Virus record (IMG/VR): IMGVR_UViG_3300020138_000002
Coordinates: 1-50,354 of that record
Source: a virus
Reading direction: 5' to 3' (one strand)
DNA: 50,354 nucleotides
Part shown: positions 49,333-50,354 of the stretch, piece after piece
How positions within the stretch are numbered: position 1 is the stretch's first letter
Layout of the letters: the number at the start of each line of letters is the position of its first letter
Program-made: the position numbers and the translations under genes
Notes under the pieces: model-generated
The model's input: the letters and a program-made list of their open reading frames with translations, nothing else
The model's database searches: none
Told to the model about the DNA's origin: nothing

Positions 49333-50028
49333 CTACCGACGCTCGACCAGCGTCTTCACCATTTCGCGCAGCTCAGACAGCTCCGACCGCAACTGACGAA
49401 CCTCACCCAACGCGTCATGAGCCGCTTCTTTCGCTGACCGGGCGTGACCGTACGCCGACCCGAGCGCCGTCCGCACCGAGATCGTGCTGTCCAGGTCCGG
49501 CCACCGGTCCGGAATCCATTCCGAGAGTTTCACCCTGTCGTCGAGGTCCATGTCATCCTCCGTGGTCATGGCGACGATCGCCGCCGCCGCGTCATCATCG
49601 TCAGCGTATTTCCGGATCACCGACAGGTGCACATGCCACAGGTGGCTGTTGTCCGACGACGCCGACTTCGAGCGCTGGAAATCCCACCCGGTGACGTGTT
49701 TCCCGTCGACCGTCCCGAAGAACTCGCGAAGATACCTGCGTGCCCGGGCGTCGTTTTTCCTGGATAGGAGCCGTTTCGTGACGGCGATCATCTGGTTCGG
49801 GGGGAGTCCGACGTCGAGGGCTGATGCTGCGTCGCCGGGGCCGGCCTGGTCTGGTGCGAGCGTGATCGAATAGTCGTTGTGCAGTCCGCGGCGTCGCAGT
49901 TCGTTTCGGGACCGGTGGTAGCCGTATGTGTGGCCGGTGTCGCCGACGATGCCGAGGAATGTTCCGCCGAGTAGGAACGCGATCTGTTTTCCGGCGTTGA
50001 CGAGTGTTGTGGGTGCGTATTCGCTCAT
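49333..50028 (-). CDS. M15/VanY-like peptidoglycan peptidase (endolysin candidate) with a C-terminal coiled coil (231 aa)
   Basis: GDTGHTYGYHRSRNEL...DYSITL...DAASALDVG...SDNSHLWHVHLS matches the YGYH ... A-x-D ... SHxWHxH layout of D-Ala-D-Ala carboxypeptidase-like phage peptidases as I recall it. The tail LGEVRQLRSELSELREMVKTLVE is helical. Confidence 0.5.
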   Translation of the reverse strand: MSEYAPTTLVNAGKQIAFLLGGTFLGIVGDTGHTYGYHRSRNELRRRGLHNDYSITLAPDQAGPGDAASALDVGLPPNQMIAVTKRLLSRKNDARARRYLREFFGTVDGKHVTGWDFQRSKSASSDNSHLWHVHLSVIRKYADDDDAAAAIVAMTTEDDMDLDDRVKLSEWIPDRWPDLDSTISVRTALGSAYGHARSAKEAAHDALGEVRQLRSELSELREMVKTLVERR

Positions 50029-50175
50029 TTGGTTGCTCCCCCATCGGTGCGGGTTACCAGGGTATCGGGGGTTTTGGCGTTACGGTGTGCCTGGAAGTTT
50101 TTGTGTCTTCCGCGCCGGCGCCCTCCTTCGCTTCCCCAGAGATGTTGAGGGCGCCTTTTTTTGCGCCCTACCCCC

Positions 50176-50205
50176 TTGCGTTCCCTTAATTAGTCATGGT
50201 ATGTT
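50176..50205 (+). promoter_or_regulatory. conserved early promoter copy: TTGCGT, 18 nt, TGGTATGTT, driving gene 8..334
   Basis: cccccTTGCGTtcccttaattagtcaTGGTATGTTgtacttacatcgttcctaGGGAGAACCACATG. Confidence 0.75.
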
Positions 50206-50354
50206 GTACTTACATCGTTCCTAGGGAGAACCACATGGACACCACCTACACCGACATCAACACCGCCTTCCTCCACTCGGACATCGAGGTCCTCCTCGAA
50301 AACACCCGCTTCGACGTCGCCACCATCGTCGACGCGATCATGAACGACTACGAC

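Noticed and set aside
1-50354. Integrase, immunity repressor or attP, indicating a temperate lifestyle
   Set aside because: No ORF shows tyrosine recombinase (R..HxxR..Y) or serine recombinase motifs, and no CI/Cro-like divergent pair is evident. Absence by eye is weak evidence, so lifestyle is left open.

Overview
The window is one complete, GC-rich (about 65% by eye) tailed-phage genome of 50,227 bp. Bases 1-127 recur exactly at 50228-50354, so the sequence is read once around a circular or terminally redundant molecule. Gene content and motifs point to a siphovirus-like phage of a high-GC Gram-positive (actinobacterial) host.

The minus strand from 29144 down to 3898 carries one long virion operon:
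- a small LPXTG-type protein
- terS and terL
- a membrane protein
- portal, MuF-like protein and an S78-like protease/scaffold
- two HK97-fold-like capsid candidates
- several Ig/PKD/FN3-domain proteins
- head-tail connectors interrupted by an intact amidase-signature enzyme
- two tail assembly chaperones
- a 782-aa tape measure and three minor tail proteins

The rest consists of short early/accessory operons on both strands. These encode an HU-like protein, an ERF annealase, a YqaJ-like exonuclease, a DnaD-like initiator containing internal iterons, a C5 DNA methyltransferase, an M15-like peptidase and many small acidic or zinc-ribbon proteins. They are driven by a repeated extended -10 promoter (TTGCGT, 17-18 nt, TGGTATGGT) and use a conserved GGAGAACCAC-ATG start context.

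The most unusual features:
1. A four-gene module resembling actinomycete plasmid/AICE dsDNA transfer genes. It contains a membrane-anchored FtsK/TraB-like ATPase, a DUF2637-like membrane protein and a basic PTGTG-repeat protein, with palindrome-rich repeat DNA.
2. The amidase-signature enzyme embedded among the connector genes.
3. A sortase-type LPXTG sorting signal with no signal peptide, located upstream of terS.
4. A self-contained operon holding two diverged paralogues with Fis-type HTH tails.

I found no integrase, repressor, tRNA or CRISPR array. All functional calls rest on motifs read by eye and on recollection of protein families. No database search was run.
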